A DNA stretch of 44,704 bases, taken from an uncultured Solibacteraceae bacterium. GTDB lineage: Bacteria; Acidobacteriota; Terriglobia; Bryobacterales; Bryobacteraceae. Both the position numbers and the translations under genes were made by a program. This document shows positions 26,301 to 33,838 of the stretch, in pieces. The stretch covers positions 1 to 44,704 of the forward strand of contig CAYVPZ010000001.1 in NCBI GenBank assembly GCA_964453955.1. The letters run 5' to 3'. Under the pieces are notes generated by a model, which was given only the letters and a program-made list of their open reading frames with translations, had not been told where the DNA came from and searched no databases. The first letter of the stretch is position 1; every line of letters begins with the position of its first letter.

Positions 26301-27202
26301 TCGGTATCCCACAGCTTCTCCGGGCGCCAGCGCTCCATGATGGCGATGCGGCCGCCGTTCAGGTCGGCCACGCCGAACGGGCGGCTGGTTAAGCGTTCCA
26401 CCTCGCGGCCCCCATCGCCGATCACGGCTCGGAGCGCGTACCGCGCGTGCGGGTCCAGCGCCTCCAGCGCCACGTCGAACGTGATCTCCCACCGGCGCAC
26501 CGACGTCTCCACCTTCACGCCGGTGATGCGCGGTCCGGCGGGCGTGCTCTCAAGGTACACGTCGCCGCACAGCCCCCGCCGCTCCACCCGGCCCTCCACC
26601 TGCATCGCGGTGGCCGTGTTCGTGTAGGAGAGCATGACGCCATGGAGAGGCAGCGCCCTCACCAGCATGCCGATGGTGTACTTCCGGCCCGGACGGCACA
26701 ACGCGGTGAGGTCGATCTCGCCCGCGGGGTAGCGCATCTCACCCGCCCGAACGCCATCCACGAACACGGCCGCGTAAGAATTCAGGTAGCTCGTGTTCAG
26801 GGTGATGCGGCGTCCGCTCCACTCCTGCGGCACGGTCACCTCCCGCTGCTGCCACGCCGACATTACGCCGGCCAGGTCCTTCCCGGCCCAGGCGGGATGC
26901 GGAAAAAACAGCGGCTTGCCCGACTCCCGGGGCCCGCCCGGCCAGCTTTCCGGCACCCGCAGGTATCCCCAGCCGCTATCCGGCGCCGTTTCCGTCTCGC
27001 TTCCGGCGGGCTGCCAGCGCCACAGCCCGTTGATGGAGAGCCGCTCGCGCGTCGGCGTCGATTCGCGGTACGCCTTGTCGAGATCCCAGACCGCATTCAC
27101 TCCGCGCGGCAGCACGCTCCCGGCCTCGGGGACCTGCAGCCCCGCGGCGCAGGCCGGCGCTCCAAGGGCCAGCAAAGCGTCTCTTCTGGAAATCCTGCTC
27201 AT
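23303..27202 (-). CDS. secreted (Tat-signal) glycoside hydrolase family 2-like multidomain protein, 1300 aa
   Basis: In-frame ATG at 27202 gives MSRISRRDALLALGAPACAAG (twin-arginine signal). GH2-like sugar-binding/Ig/TIM region (FGFREFWIEGRDFYLNGTPIYL, NHPSVVCYS, FTCEYAV). Long C-terminal region with Rossmann-like/GATase1-like repeats. The 308 upstream codons of ORF 23303..28126 overlap the opposite-strand lactonase gene and were discarded. Confidence 0.75.
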   Translation of the reverse strand: MSRISRRDALLALGAPACAAGLQVPEAGSVLPRGVNAVWDLDKAYRESTPTRERLSINGLWRWQPAGSETETAPDSGWGYLRVPESWPGGPRESGKPLFFPHPAWAGKDLAGVMSAWQQREVTVPQEWSGRRITLNTSYLNSYAAVFVDGVRAGEMRYPAGEIDLTALCRPGRKYTIGMLVRALPLHGVMLSYTNTATAMQVEGRVERRGLCGDVYLESTPAGPRITGVKVETSVRRWEITFDVALEALDPHARYALRAVIGDGGREVERLTSRPFGVADLNGGRIAIMERWRPEKLWDTDAPNQYDTSVSLLDARAEMLDEALPVRFGFREFWIEGRDFYLNGTPIYLSAIPLDNGQLGPLSASYDGARATLQRFRSFGINFVYTHNYGCEPGAHISFEEVLRAADDEGMLVALSQPHFGHYDWTAPDADSANGYAQHAEFYVRVAQNHPSVVCYSTSHNSTGYSGDMDPDMIDGIQEARESWGVRSASRALRAQEIIQRLDPSRIVYHHDSGNLGSMHTMNFYVNWVPIQEMSDWFEHWATMGAKPVFTCEYAVPFMWDWAMYRGWYKGKREFGDAVAPWEFCVAEWNAQFLGGRAYDIIEAEKANLRWEAEQFRKGRVWKRWDYPYSLNSQVFDERFRVVAMYLTDNFRAFRTWGVSATSPWDYGMYWKPPAFESEPADPGLEIDWNRLQRPGPRPVYVDEKRVKARVAFRPSAAEATLAAQALYRNNMPLLAYLAGKPAAFTSKDHNFLPGEVVEKQLIVINNSRRVVGGECAWSFGLPHAAAGSASIVLPNGEQKRIPLKVDLPEDLAPGRYELRARVHFGNGETQEDALPIHVMARPAAAPGTGMKIALFDPQGDSARLLDAMGVRCAPVSAGADLASFDTLIVGKGALTPGGPGPDIRRVRDGLKVIVFEQTGEVLEKRFGFRTAEYGMRWVFQRVPDHPLLAGLGEEHLRDWRGEATTLPGRLNTERARQFNDAPAVQWCGMTVTRVWRCGNRGSVASALIEKPACGDFLAVLDCGYSLQYSPLLEYREGRGMVLFCQMDVSGRTETDPAAETLARNILSYTAGWKAGARREVVYAGEAAGRRHLQLAGLAPMAYAGGLSAEHVLVVGPGGGEELRANAGDLAGWVRNGGHVLAIGCDQQDVDAFLPFPVAMVKKEHIAAYFEPFGAGSPFAGVSPADVHNRDPRTLPLVAGGATVVGNGVLAAAKGANVVFSQLAPWEFDYAGEKMNVKRTFRRVASLSARLLANTGAAGRTPLLERFRDPASDRERRWLDGLYLDVPEEWDDPYRFFGW

Positions 27203-27265
27203 TGCCCCAATCGTAGTTGATCGGAGAGTGAGCACGCGCCGTGCGCCGCGTTGTACAATGCCCCA

Positions 27266-28264
<999 letters not shown>

Positions 28265-28295
28265 CTGCAGGGTATACTGCGGTTAGAGGGCAACC

Positions 28296-28475
28296 ATGGC
28301 GGCCGGGAATCTTGTCGATGTGATCCGCGCACTGACTCCGGAGGAGCAGGAATCAGTCAGGTTGTTCGTCGAGTTCCTGAGGCGAAAAAGCCCGGCTCCC
28401 TCATCGCCGTTTCTCGCGGCCGTGGACGAGTTTGTGGAGCAGCATCCCGAGCTGCTTCGCCGTCTGGCGCAGTGA
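28296..28475 (+). CDS. 59-aa putative antitoxin partner of Doc (Phd-like role)
   Basis: Own translation: MAAGNLVDVIRALTPEEQESVRLFVEFLRRKSPAPSSPFLAAVDEFVEQHPELLRRLAQ. It is below the ORF-track size cutoff. Its TGA overlaps the GTG of the Doc gene (GTGA at 28472-28475). Codon third positions are GC-rich like real genes here. Confidence 0.6.
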   Translation: MAAGNLVDVIRALTPEEQESVRLFVEFLRRKSPAPSSPFLAAVDEFVEQHPELLRRLAQ

Positions 28476-28864
28476 CCGTTTATCCAACCATTGATGAGGC
28501 GATCGCGGTCCACGCCCGCTTGATCGCCAGATTCGGGGGCTCCTACGGGATCCGGGACCGCGGCGCCCTCGAGTCGGCGCTGGCGCGGCCGCAGACCGGT
28601 TACTACGACGATCTCATTCAGGAAGCGGCTGCGCTTTGGGAAAGCTTGTCGCAGAACCATCCGTTCATAGATGGCAACAAGCGGGTTGCCGTGACCGTGA
28701 CAGCGGCATTCCTCAAGGTGAACGGATACGTGCTGGAATTCGACGATCTCGAAGCCTTCTCGTTCCTCATCGGCCTTTACGAGAGCGGCCGGATGCGATT
28801 CGCGGAATTGGACACGTGGCTGCGGAAGCACGCCACGCACATATCACCACGGGAATCGGTCTAA
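28472..28864 (+). CDS. doc: Doc (death-on-curing) / Fic-family toxin
   Basis: 130 aa. IAVHARLIARFGGSYGIRDRGALESALARP and the Doc-type Fic motif HPFIDGNKRVAV. Confidence 0.88.
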   Translation: MTVYPTIDEAIAVHARLIARFGGSYGIRDRGALESALARPQTGYYDDLIQEAAALWESLSQNHPFIDGNKRVAVTVTAAFLKVNGYVLEFDDLEAFSFLIGLYESGRMRFAELDTWLRKHATHISPRESV

Positions 28865-28881
28865 CTGAGTGTTCCCCACCT

Positions 28882-28944
28882 GGACACGCGGCGCCAGCCG
28901 CGTTTTTGCCGGTCCCGAGGGAACGCGGCTGCCGCCGCGTGTCC
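28882..28944. repeat. palindromic double-hairpin intergenic element, copy 1 (may double as a terminator between convergent genes)
   Basis: Left arm GGACACGCGGCGCCAGCCGCGTT (28882-28904). Reverse complement of the right arm (28922-28944): GGACACGCGGCGGCAGCCGCGTT. That is a 23-bp inverted repeat with 1 mismatch and a 17-nt spacer. Each arm is itself a local hairpin ACGCGGC-N4-GCCGCGT. The first local hairpin is followed by TTTT, 17 nt after the doc stop. The conserved flank continues to ~28958. Confidence 0.75.
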
Positions 28945-28986
28945 CGGCTTACCAGACCACCATCACGGACGCGCCCATGCAATCGG

Positions 28987-30051
28987 TCACTGAGCCGGCT
29001 CCGTCGCGCGCAGGAACTCCGCCAGCTTGTCCTTCCACAGCGCGGCCATGCTGTGCGAGCCGTGGCCGCGCGTTTCCGCCGTGTACGGATACAGAATGAA
29101 CCGCGCCGTGGGCGCCTGCTTCAGCAGTTCGTCGGTGATTTTCAGCTCCGGCGGGTTGATGGTGTCGTCGCTGAAGTTGATGTGCAGAATCGGCGTACGG
29201 ATTTTCGCCAGCCCCGGCGCCGGATCGTAATCCCACGAAGCGTCCACCGCGTACGCCGTGTCGTTGGCGTCGGCCACCGGATCGCCGGTGATTTTCGCGA
29301 AGTTCTCCAGTCCCTTTTCGCGCGTCGGGCCGGCATGCTGCCACGTCAGCGGATTGCCGCCCACCAGGGCGATCAGCGCCGCGGCGGTCCGGGCGGAGGG
29401 CGGGTTCTCCGTATAATTGCCCTCCTGCCAGGCGGGGTCGTTGCGGACGGCGTGGATCAGCGTCAGCCGCCAGAACAGATTGCGTCCCGAGATCTGCATC
29501 GGCTGGCAGGCCAGCGGCATGGCGGCGTCGAGGAAATCCGCGTGGCGCTCCATCCAGACATAGCTGTGCATGCAGCCCATGGATGTCCCCATGACCAGGC
29601 GCAGGTGGTCCACGCCCAGATGCTCGCGCAGCAGCCGGTACTGCGCCTCCACCATGTCGGTGTACCCATAGCGCGGGAACTTCGCGCGCAGACCGTCGCT
29701 GGGCTTGCTGGACTGGCCGTGGCCGATGCCGTCCGGAAGGATCACATAGTACTTCGCCACGTCCAGCGGCTGGCCCGGCCCGAACAGCTCGCCCGCGAAG
29801 ATGTCCCGCAGGAACCCCGCTCCGGAACCGGTGGTCCCGTGGAGAATGAGCACGGCGTTGCGCACCCTTCCCGCCCCATCGCGCCGTGGCGCGCCCAGCG
29901 TGCGGTAGTGGATCTTCAGGTCCGGCATGGCTTGGCCGGTCTGGAAGCGAAAGTCGCTGAGATGGGCGTCGCCCTCGGTGACGGGCCAGGTCTTTTCGGC
30001 GCAGGCGAAGACGGCCAGGAGCGTGGAGATCAGAGCAAGCCGGCGGGTCAT
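28987..30051 (-). CDS. secreted alpha/beta-fold hydrolase (homoserine O-acetyltransferase/MetX-like family)
   Basis: Signal peptide MTRRLALISTLLAVFACA. AVLILHGTTGSGAGF. Nucleophile elbow GTSMGCMH. The out-of-frame ORF 28949..30109(-) was rejected. Confidence 0.8.
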   Translation of the reverse strand: MTRRLALISTLLAVFACAEKTWPVTEGDAHLSDFRFQTGQAMPDLKIHYRTLGAPRRDGAGRVRNAVLILHGTTGSGAGFLRDIFAGELFGPGQPLDVAKYYVILPDGIGHGQSSKPSDGLRAKFPRYGYTDMVEAQYRLLREHLGVDHLRLVMGTSMGCMHSYVWMERHADFLDAAMPLACQPMQISGRNLFWRLTLIHAVRNDPAWQEGNYTENPPSARTAAALIALVGGNPLTWQHAGPTREKGLENFAKITGDPVADANDTAYAVDASWDYDPAPGLAKIRTPILHINFSDDTINPPELKITDELLKQAPTARFILYPYTAETRGHGSHSMAALWKDKLAEFLRATEPAQ

Positions 30052-30074
30052 AGGTTACAGTATGCTCTATACCC

Positions 30075-32300
30075 ATGCCCCACACATCACGCGTTCTGCT
30101 GTTCGCCACTCTCTGCGCCGCCGCCTCGATGGCGGCCGATTCGTTCCGCGGCTACACCGCCGAGGGCACGCGCACCGAGCGGGAGTGGGAAGAGAAGTTT
30201 CGCGCGCTCCCGAAGCCCGAAAACATGCGCGAGTACATGCGGCGCCTCTCCGCGTATCCGCACCATATCGGCTCACCGTACGACAAGGACGACGCCGAGT
30301 GGATACTGGCGCAGTTCCGCTCGTGGGGCCTCGACGCTCACATCGAGACCTTCCGCGTGCTGTTCCCGACGCCGAAACTGCGCGTGCTGGAGCTGGTCTC
30401 TCCCGGCCGCTACGTGGCGAAGCTGGCCGAGCCCGCCCTTCCCGAAGACCCCACCTCCAACCAGACCGCGCAGCAGTTGCCCCCCTACAATGCCTACTCG
30501 GTGGACGGCGACGTCACCGGCCCGCTGGTATACGTCAACTACGGCGTGCCCGCCGACTACGAAGAGCTGGAGCGCCGCGGAATCTCGGTGAAAGGGGCCA
30601 TCGTGATCGCGCGTTATGGCGGCTCGTGGCGCGGCATCAAGCCCAAGGTGGCCGCCGAACACGGGGCCATCGGCTGCATCATTTATTCCGATCCCAAAGA
30701 CGACGGCTACGCCCAGGGCGACGTCTTTCCCGCGGGCGCGTGGAGGCCGCCGTTCGGCGCACAGCGCGGCAGCGTGATGGACATGCCCACGTATCCCGGC
30801 GATCCGCTCACGCCCGGCGTCGGCGCCACGGAGAACGCCAAGCGGCTGCCGATCTCCGAAGCAAACACGCTGACGAAGATCCCCGTGCTCCCCATCTCCT
30901 ACGGCGATGCGCAGCCCCTGCTCTCCGAGCTGAAGGGGCCGGTTGCGCCGGAGGCGTGGCGCGGCAGCCTGCCGCTGACGTATCACATGGGCCCCGGCCC
31001 GGCCAGAGTGCGCCTGGCCCTGCAGTTCAACTGGGACCTGGTGGACATCCGCGACGTGATCGCCACCATTCCCGGCGCCGCCGACAAGGACCAATGGATC
31101 ATTCGCGGCAACCACTACGACGCGTGGGTCAATGGCGCCGAAGACCCCATCTCCGGCCAGATCACCCTGCTCGAAGAGGCGCGGTCGATGGGCGAACTGC
31201 GCAGGCAGGGCTGGCAGCCGCGCCGCACCATCATTTTTGCGGCCTGGGATGGCGAGGAGGAGGGCCTGCTCGGTTCCACCGAGTGGGTGGAAGAGCACGA
31301 CGCCGAACTGAAGCAGCACGCGGCCGTGTATATCAACTCCGATGGCAACGGGCGCGGCGTCCTGGGCGTGGCGGGTTCGCACGCGCTGGAGCAGTTCATG
31401 AACGCCATCGCGCGGGACGTGCAGGATCCCGAGACAAATCTGCCCGTACGGGAGCGCCTGAAGTTGAGCCGGATTTCCGAAGCGAAGCCGGAGGATCGCA
31501 AAGAGCTGCGCACTCGCGCCGACCTGCGCATTGGCGCGCTCGGCTCCGGAAGCGATTACACCGCCTTCCTCGATCACCTGGGAGTGGCGTCGCTCAATCT
31601 CGGCTTCGGCGGCGAGGACGGCGGCGGCATCTATCACTCCGCCTACGACGATTTCTATTGGTACACCCACTTCTCCGACACTACCTTCGTGTACGGCCGC
31701 GCGCTGGCCCAAACCGCGGGCACGGCGATCCTGCGCCTGGCCGACGCGGACGTGCTGCCCTTTCAGTTCGGCGACTTCGCCGATACCATCCGCAAGTACG
31801 TGGACGAAGTGAAGGCGCTGTGGAAGGAGAAGCACGACGAGATGGAGGAGCGGGACCGCCAACTCGATGAGGGCGTGTTCGCGGCCATCGCCGATCCGAA
31901 AAAGGTGCTGGTGCCGCCGAAGCGCGAGGCCATCGCGCCGTACCTGAACTTCGCGCCTCTGGATACGGCCGCCGACACGCTGGCGCGCAGCGCCGCGGCC
32001 TTCGAGAAAGCGCTGAAGGATTCCCCACAACCGCCGGCGCGCGAGCTGAACCAGAAGCTGCTCGAAAGCGAGCGGGTGCTGACCGACGCCGCCGGTCTGC
32101 CGCGCCGACCGTGGTTCCAGCACCAGATCTACGCGCCTGGTTTCTACACCGGATACGGCGTGAAGACGCTGCCGGGGGTGCGCGAGGCCATCGAACAGAA
32201 GCAGTGGGACGAGGCCGGCCGCGAGATTGAGATCGTGGCGAAAGTACTGCGCAACGAGGCCGCGCTGCTGGACTCGATGACCGCGCTGCTCGGGCGGTGA
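30075..32300 (+). CDS. M28-family metallopeptidase with PA and transferrin-receptor-like dimerisation domains (glutamate carboxypeptidase II/PSMA-like)
   Basis: Signal peptide. HHIGSPYDKDDAEWI. PA-domain GPLVYVNYGVPADYEELERRGISVKGAIVIARYGGSWRG. M28 core IRGNHYDAW...FAAWDGEEEGLLGSTEW...YINSDGNG...GSGSDYTAFLDHLGVASL...YHSAYDD. C-terminal helical TFR_dimer-like region. Confidence 0.88.
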   Translation: MPHTSRVLLFATLCAAASMAADSFRGYTAEGTRTEREWEEKFRALPKPENMREYMRRLSAYPHHIGSPYDKDDAEWILAQFRSWGLDAHIETFRVLFPTPKLRVLELVSPGRYVAKLAEPALPEDPTSNQTAQQLPPYNAYSVDGDVTGPLVYVNYGVPADYEELERRGISVKGAIVIARYGGSWRGIKPKVAAEHGAIGCIIYSDPKDDGYAQGDVFPAGAWRPPFGAQRGSVMDMPTYPGDPLTPGVGATENAKRLPISEANTLTKIPVLPISYGDAQPLLSELKGPVAPEAWRGSLPLTYHMGPGPARVRLALQFNWDLVDIRDVIATIPGAADKDQWIIRGNHYDAWVNGAEDPISGQITLLEEARSMGELRRQGWQPRRTIIFAAWDGEEEGLLGSTEWVEEHDAELKQHAAVYINSDGNGRGVLGVAGSHALEQFMNAIARDVQDPETNLPVRERLKLSRISEAKPEDRKELRTRADLRIGALGSGSDYTAFLDHLGVASLNLGFGGEDGGGIYHSAYDDFYWYTHFSDTTFVYGRALAQTAGTAILRLADADVLPFQFGDFADTIRKYVDEVKALWKEKHDEMEERDRQLDEGVFAAIADPKKVLVPPKREAIAPYLNFAPLDTAADTLARSAAAFEKALKDSPQPPARELNQKLLESERVLTDAAGLPRRPWFQHQIYAPGFYTGYGVKTLPGVREAIEQKQWDEAGREIEIVAKVLRNEAALLDSMTALLGR

Positions 32301-32301
32301 G

Positions 32302-32496
32302 TTAGTCGGATTCGCGCTGTTGCTGCAACCGCTGCAGGCGCAGATCGGACTCCCGGCGCATCTGGCGAACCCAGGACTCGGAACCGTTTGCCAGCTCGGG
32401 GTGCGACTCGTCTTTCCAGCACCCGGCGGCCATCTTAATGGCCGTCAGTTGCTCGTGGCGACGAATCTCTGTCTCGGTTCCCATGCCCTTCATCAC
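32302..32496 (-). CDS. hypothetical 64-aa charged protein
   Basis: ORF track only: MMKGMGTETEIRRHEQLTAIKMAAGCWKDESHPELANGSESWVRQMRRESDLRLQRLQQQRESD. GC-rich third codon positions and a natural-looking composition. The stop lies 1 nt from the convergent peptidase stop. No family assigned. Confidence 0.4.
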   Translation of the reverse strand: MMKGMGTETEIRRHEQLTAIKMAAGCWKDESHPELANGSESWVRQMRRESDLRLQRLQQQRESD

Positions 32497-32546
32497 AATT
32501 ATAAGCTGCCCACCATACGCCTCGCCCTTGGTGTCCTGAGTCAGGA

Positions 32547-32606
32547 GGACGCGCGGAGACAGCCGCGCCTGTGCCGTGCGTTAGAACGCGGCTCCGCCGC
32601 GTGTCC
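32547..32606. repeat. palindromic double-hairpin intergenic element, copy 2 (more degenerate)
   Basis: GGACGCGCGGAGACAGCCGCGCC...AACGCGGCTCCGCCGCGTGTCC. The right half plus flank (32582-32620, tagaacgcggctccgccgcgtgtcccggtttgccaggcc) aligns to 28919-28958 with one indel and a few mismatches. The left half is ~75% identical by eye. Confidence 0.7.
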
Positions 32607-32713
32607 CGGTTTGCCAGGCCGACATCCTTTAACTCTCCTGACACCACCCTGTCAGCAGCCCTGCCGCACAATCTTCTGTAGCCGGGGTCGAGCCCCGGCG
32701 CAAAGGAGAAGAA

Positions 32714-33100
32714 ATGACACCGCAAGAGCAGCAGCACCTGAACCGCGTGGTCTGGTTCGAGATTCCCGCCCTCGATCTGGACCGCGCCGTCCGCTTCTAC
32801 GAAACCATCCTCAACACCACCCTGAATCGCCACACCATGGGCCCCACGGAACTGGCCGTGTTCCCATACACCGCTCCGGCCGTCAGCGGCTGCGTGACCA
32901 AGGGCGAACAATACAAGCCTGGCGCGGGCGCCGTCGTCTACCTCAATGCCGAACCGAAGCTCGACGCCGTCCGCGCTCGGGTGGAAGCGGCGGGCGGCAA
33001 GGTGCTGATGCCCAACGTGACGCTTCCCGACGACCTGGGCGTGTACACGAGGATTCTGGACACGGAGGGAAACACCGTCGGCCTGCACGCGCTAAACTAA
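32714..33100 (+). CDS. VOC-family (glyoxalase/bleomycin-resistance fold) protein
   Basis: 128 aa. VVWFEIPALDLDRAVRFYETIL...GAVVYL...VEAAGGKVLMP...GVYTRILDTEGNTVGLHA is a typical single-domain VOC. AGGAGA RBS upstream. Confidence 0.8.
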   Translation: MTPQEQQHLNRVVWFEIPALDLDRAVRFYETILNTTLNRHTMGPTELAVFPYTAPAVSGCVTKGEQYKPGAGAVVYLNAEPKLDAVRARVEAAGGKVLMPNVTLPDDLGVYTRILDTEGNTVGLHALN

Positions 33101-33120
33101 ATCAAAGTCAAACTGGGGCG

Positions 33121-33828
33121 ATGCGCCGGGCCGACCGCCTTTTTCAGATCGTGCAATACCTGCGCGGCCGGCGGCTGACCACGGCCGCGCAACTGGCCGA
33201 GCGGCTATCGGTCTCCGAGCGCACGGTCTACCGCGACATCCGCGATCTCTCGCTCTCCGGCGTGCCGGTGGAGGGCGAGGCGGGCGTCGGCTACCGGCTG
33301 AGCAAGGGCTTTGACCTCCCACCCATCATGTTCACTATGGACGAAGTCCACGCGCTGGTGGCGGGCGCGCGGATGGTGCAGGTCTGGGGCGGTCCGGCGC
33401 TGGCCGTCTCCAGCCGGTCGGCCATCGAGAAGATCGCCCAGGCGCTGCCCGCGTCGCGCCGCACCGACGTCGAACGGACGCCCCTGTTCGCGCCCGGCTT
33501 CCACGTGCGCGCCGGCGCCGGGAACGAGGTGGAAACCGTCCGCCAGGCGATTCTGGCGCGGCGCAAGCTGCGTCTCCGCTACGTCGATTCGCGCGAGCAG
33601 GCATCGAACCGCGTGATCCGGCCGCTGGGGCTTGCCTTCTGGGGCGCCACCTGGACGATCATGGCGTGGTGCGAGAGCCGCGCCGATTTCCGCAACTTCC
33701 GCCTCGACCGCATCCGCGCGCTCGATCCGCTGGAGGAGACCTTCAAAGACCAGCCGGGCATGCGTCTGGAAGACTTTCTCGCCCAGGTTAACTCCAGCGG
33801 CCCGCCGCCGTCTGGTACAAGCAAGTAA
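33121..33828 (+). CDS. YafY-family transcriptional regulator (HTH + WYL domain)
   Basis: In-frame ATG at 33121. MRRADRLFQIVQYLRGRRLTTAAQLAERLSVSERTVYRDIRDLSLSGVPVEGEAGVGYRL (HTH_11/DeoR-like N-terminus). Later LRLRYVDSREQASNRVIRPLGLAFWGATWTIMAWCESRADFRNFRLDRI (WYL). Confidence 0.85.
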   Translation: MRRADRLFQIVQYLRGRRLTTAAQLAERLSVSERTVYRDIRDLSLSGVPVEGEAGVGYRLSKGFDLPPIMFTMDEVHALVAGARMVQVWGGPALAVSSRSAIEKIAQALPASRRTDVERTPLFAPGFHVRAGAGNEVETVRQAILARRKLRLRYVDSREQASNRVIRPLGLAFWGATWTIMAWCESRADFRNFRLDRIRALDPLEETFKDQPGMRLEDFLAQVNSSGPPPSGTSK

Positions 33829-33838
33829 GGAGAGCCGA

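Noticed and set aside
28283-28840. 185-aa ORF on the minus strand across the toxin-antitoxin region.
   Set aside because: It is antisense to the Doc gene (clear Fic motif) and to the small antitoxin ORF. It has no motifs of its own.
32620-32713. Small inverted repeats CTGACAccacccTGTCAG and GCCGGGGtcgaGCCCCGGC upstream of the VOC/YafY genes, considered as an operator or attenuator.
   Set aside because: Six- to seven-bp stems are common by chance in GC-rich DNA. There is no second copy or known YafY operator to compare with.
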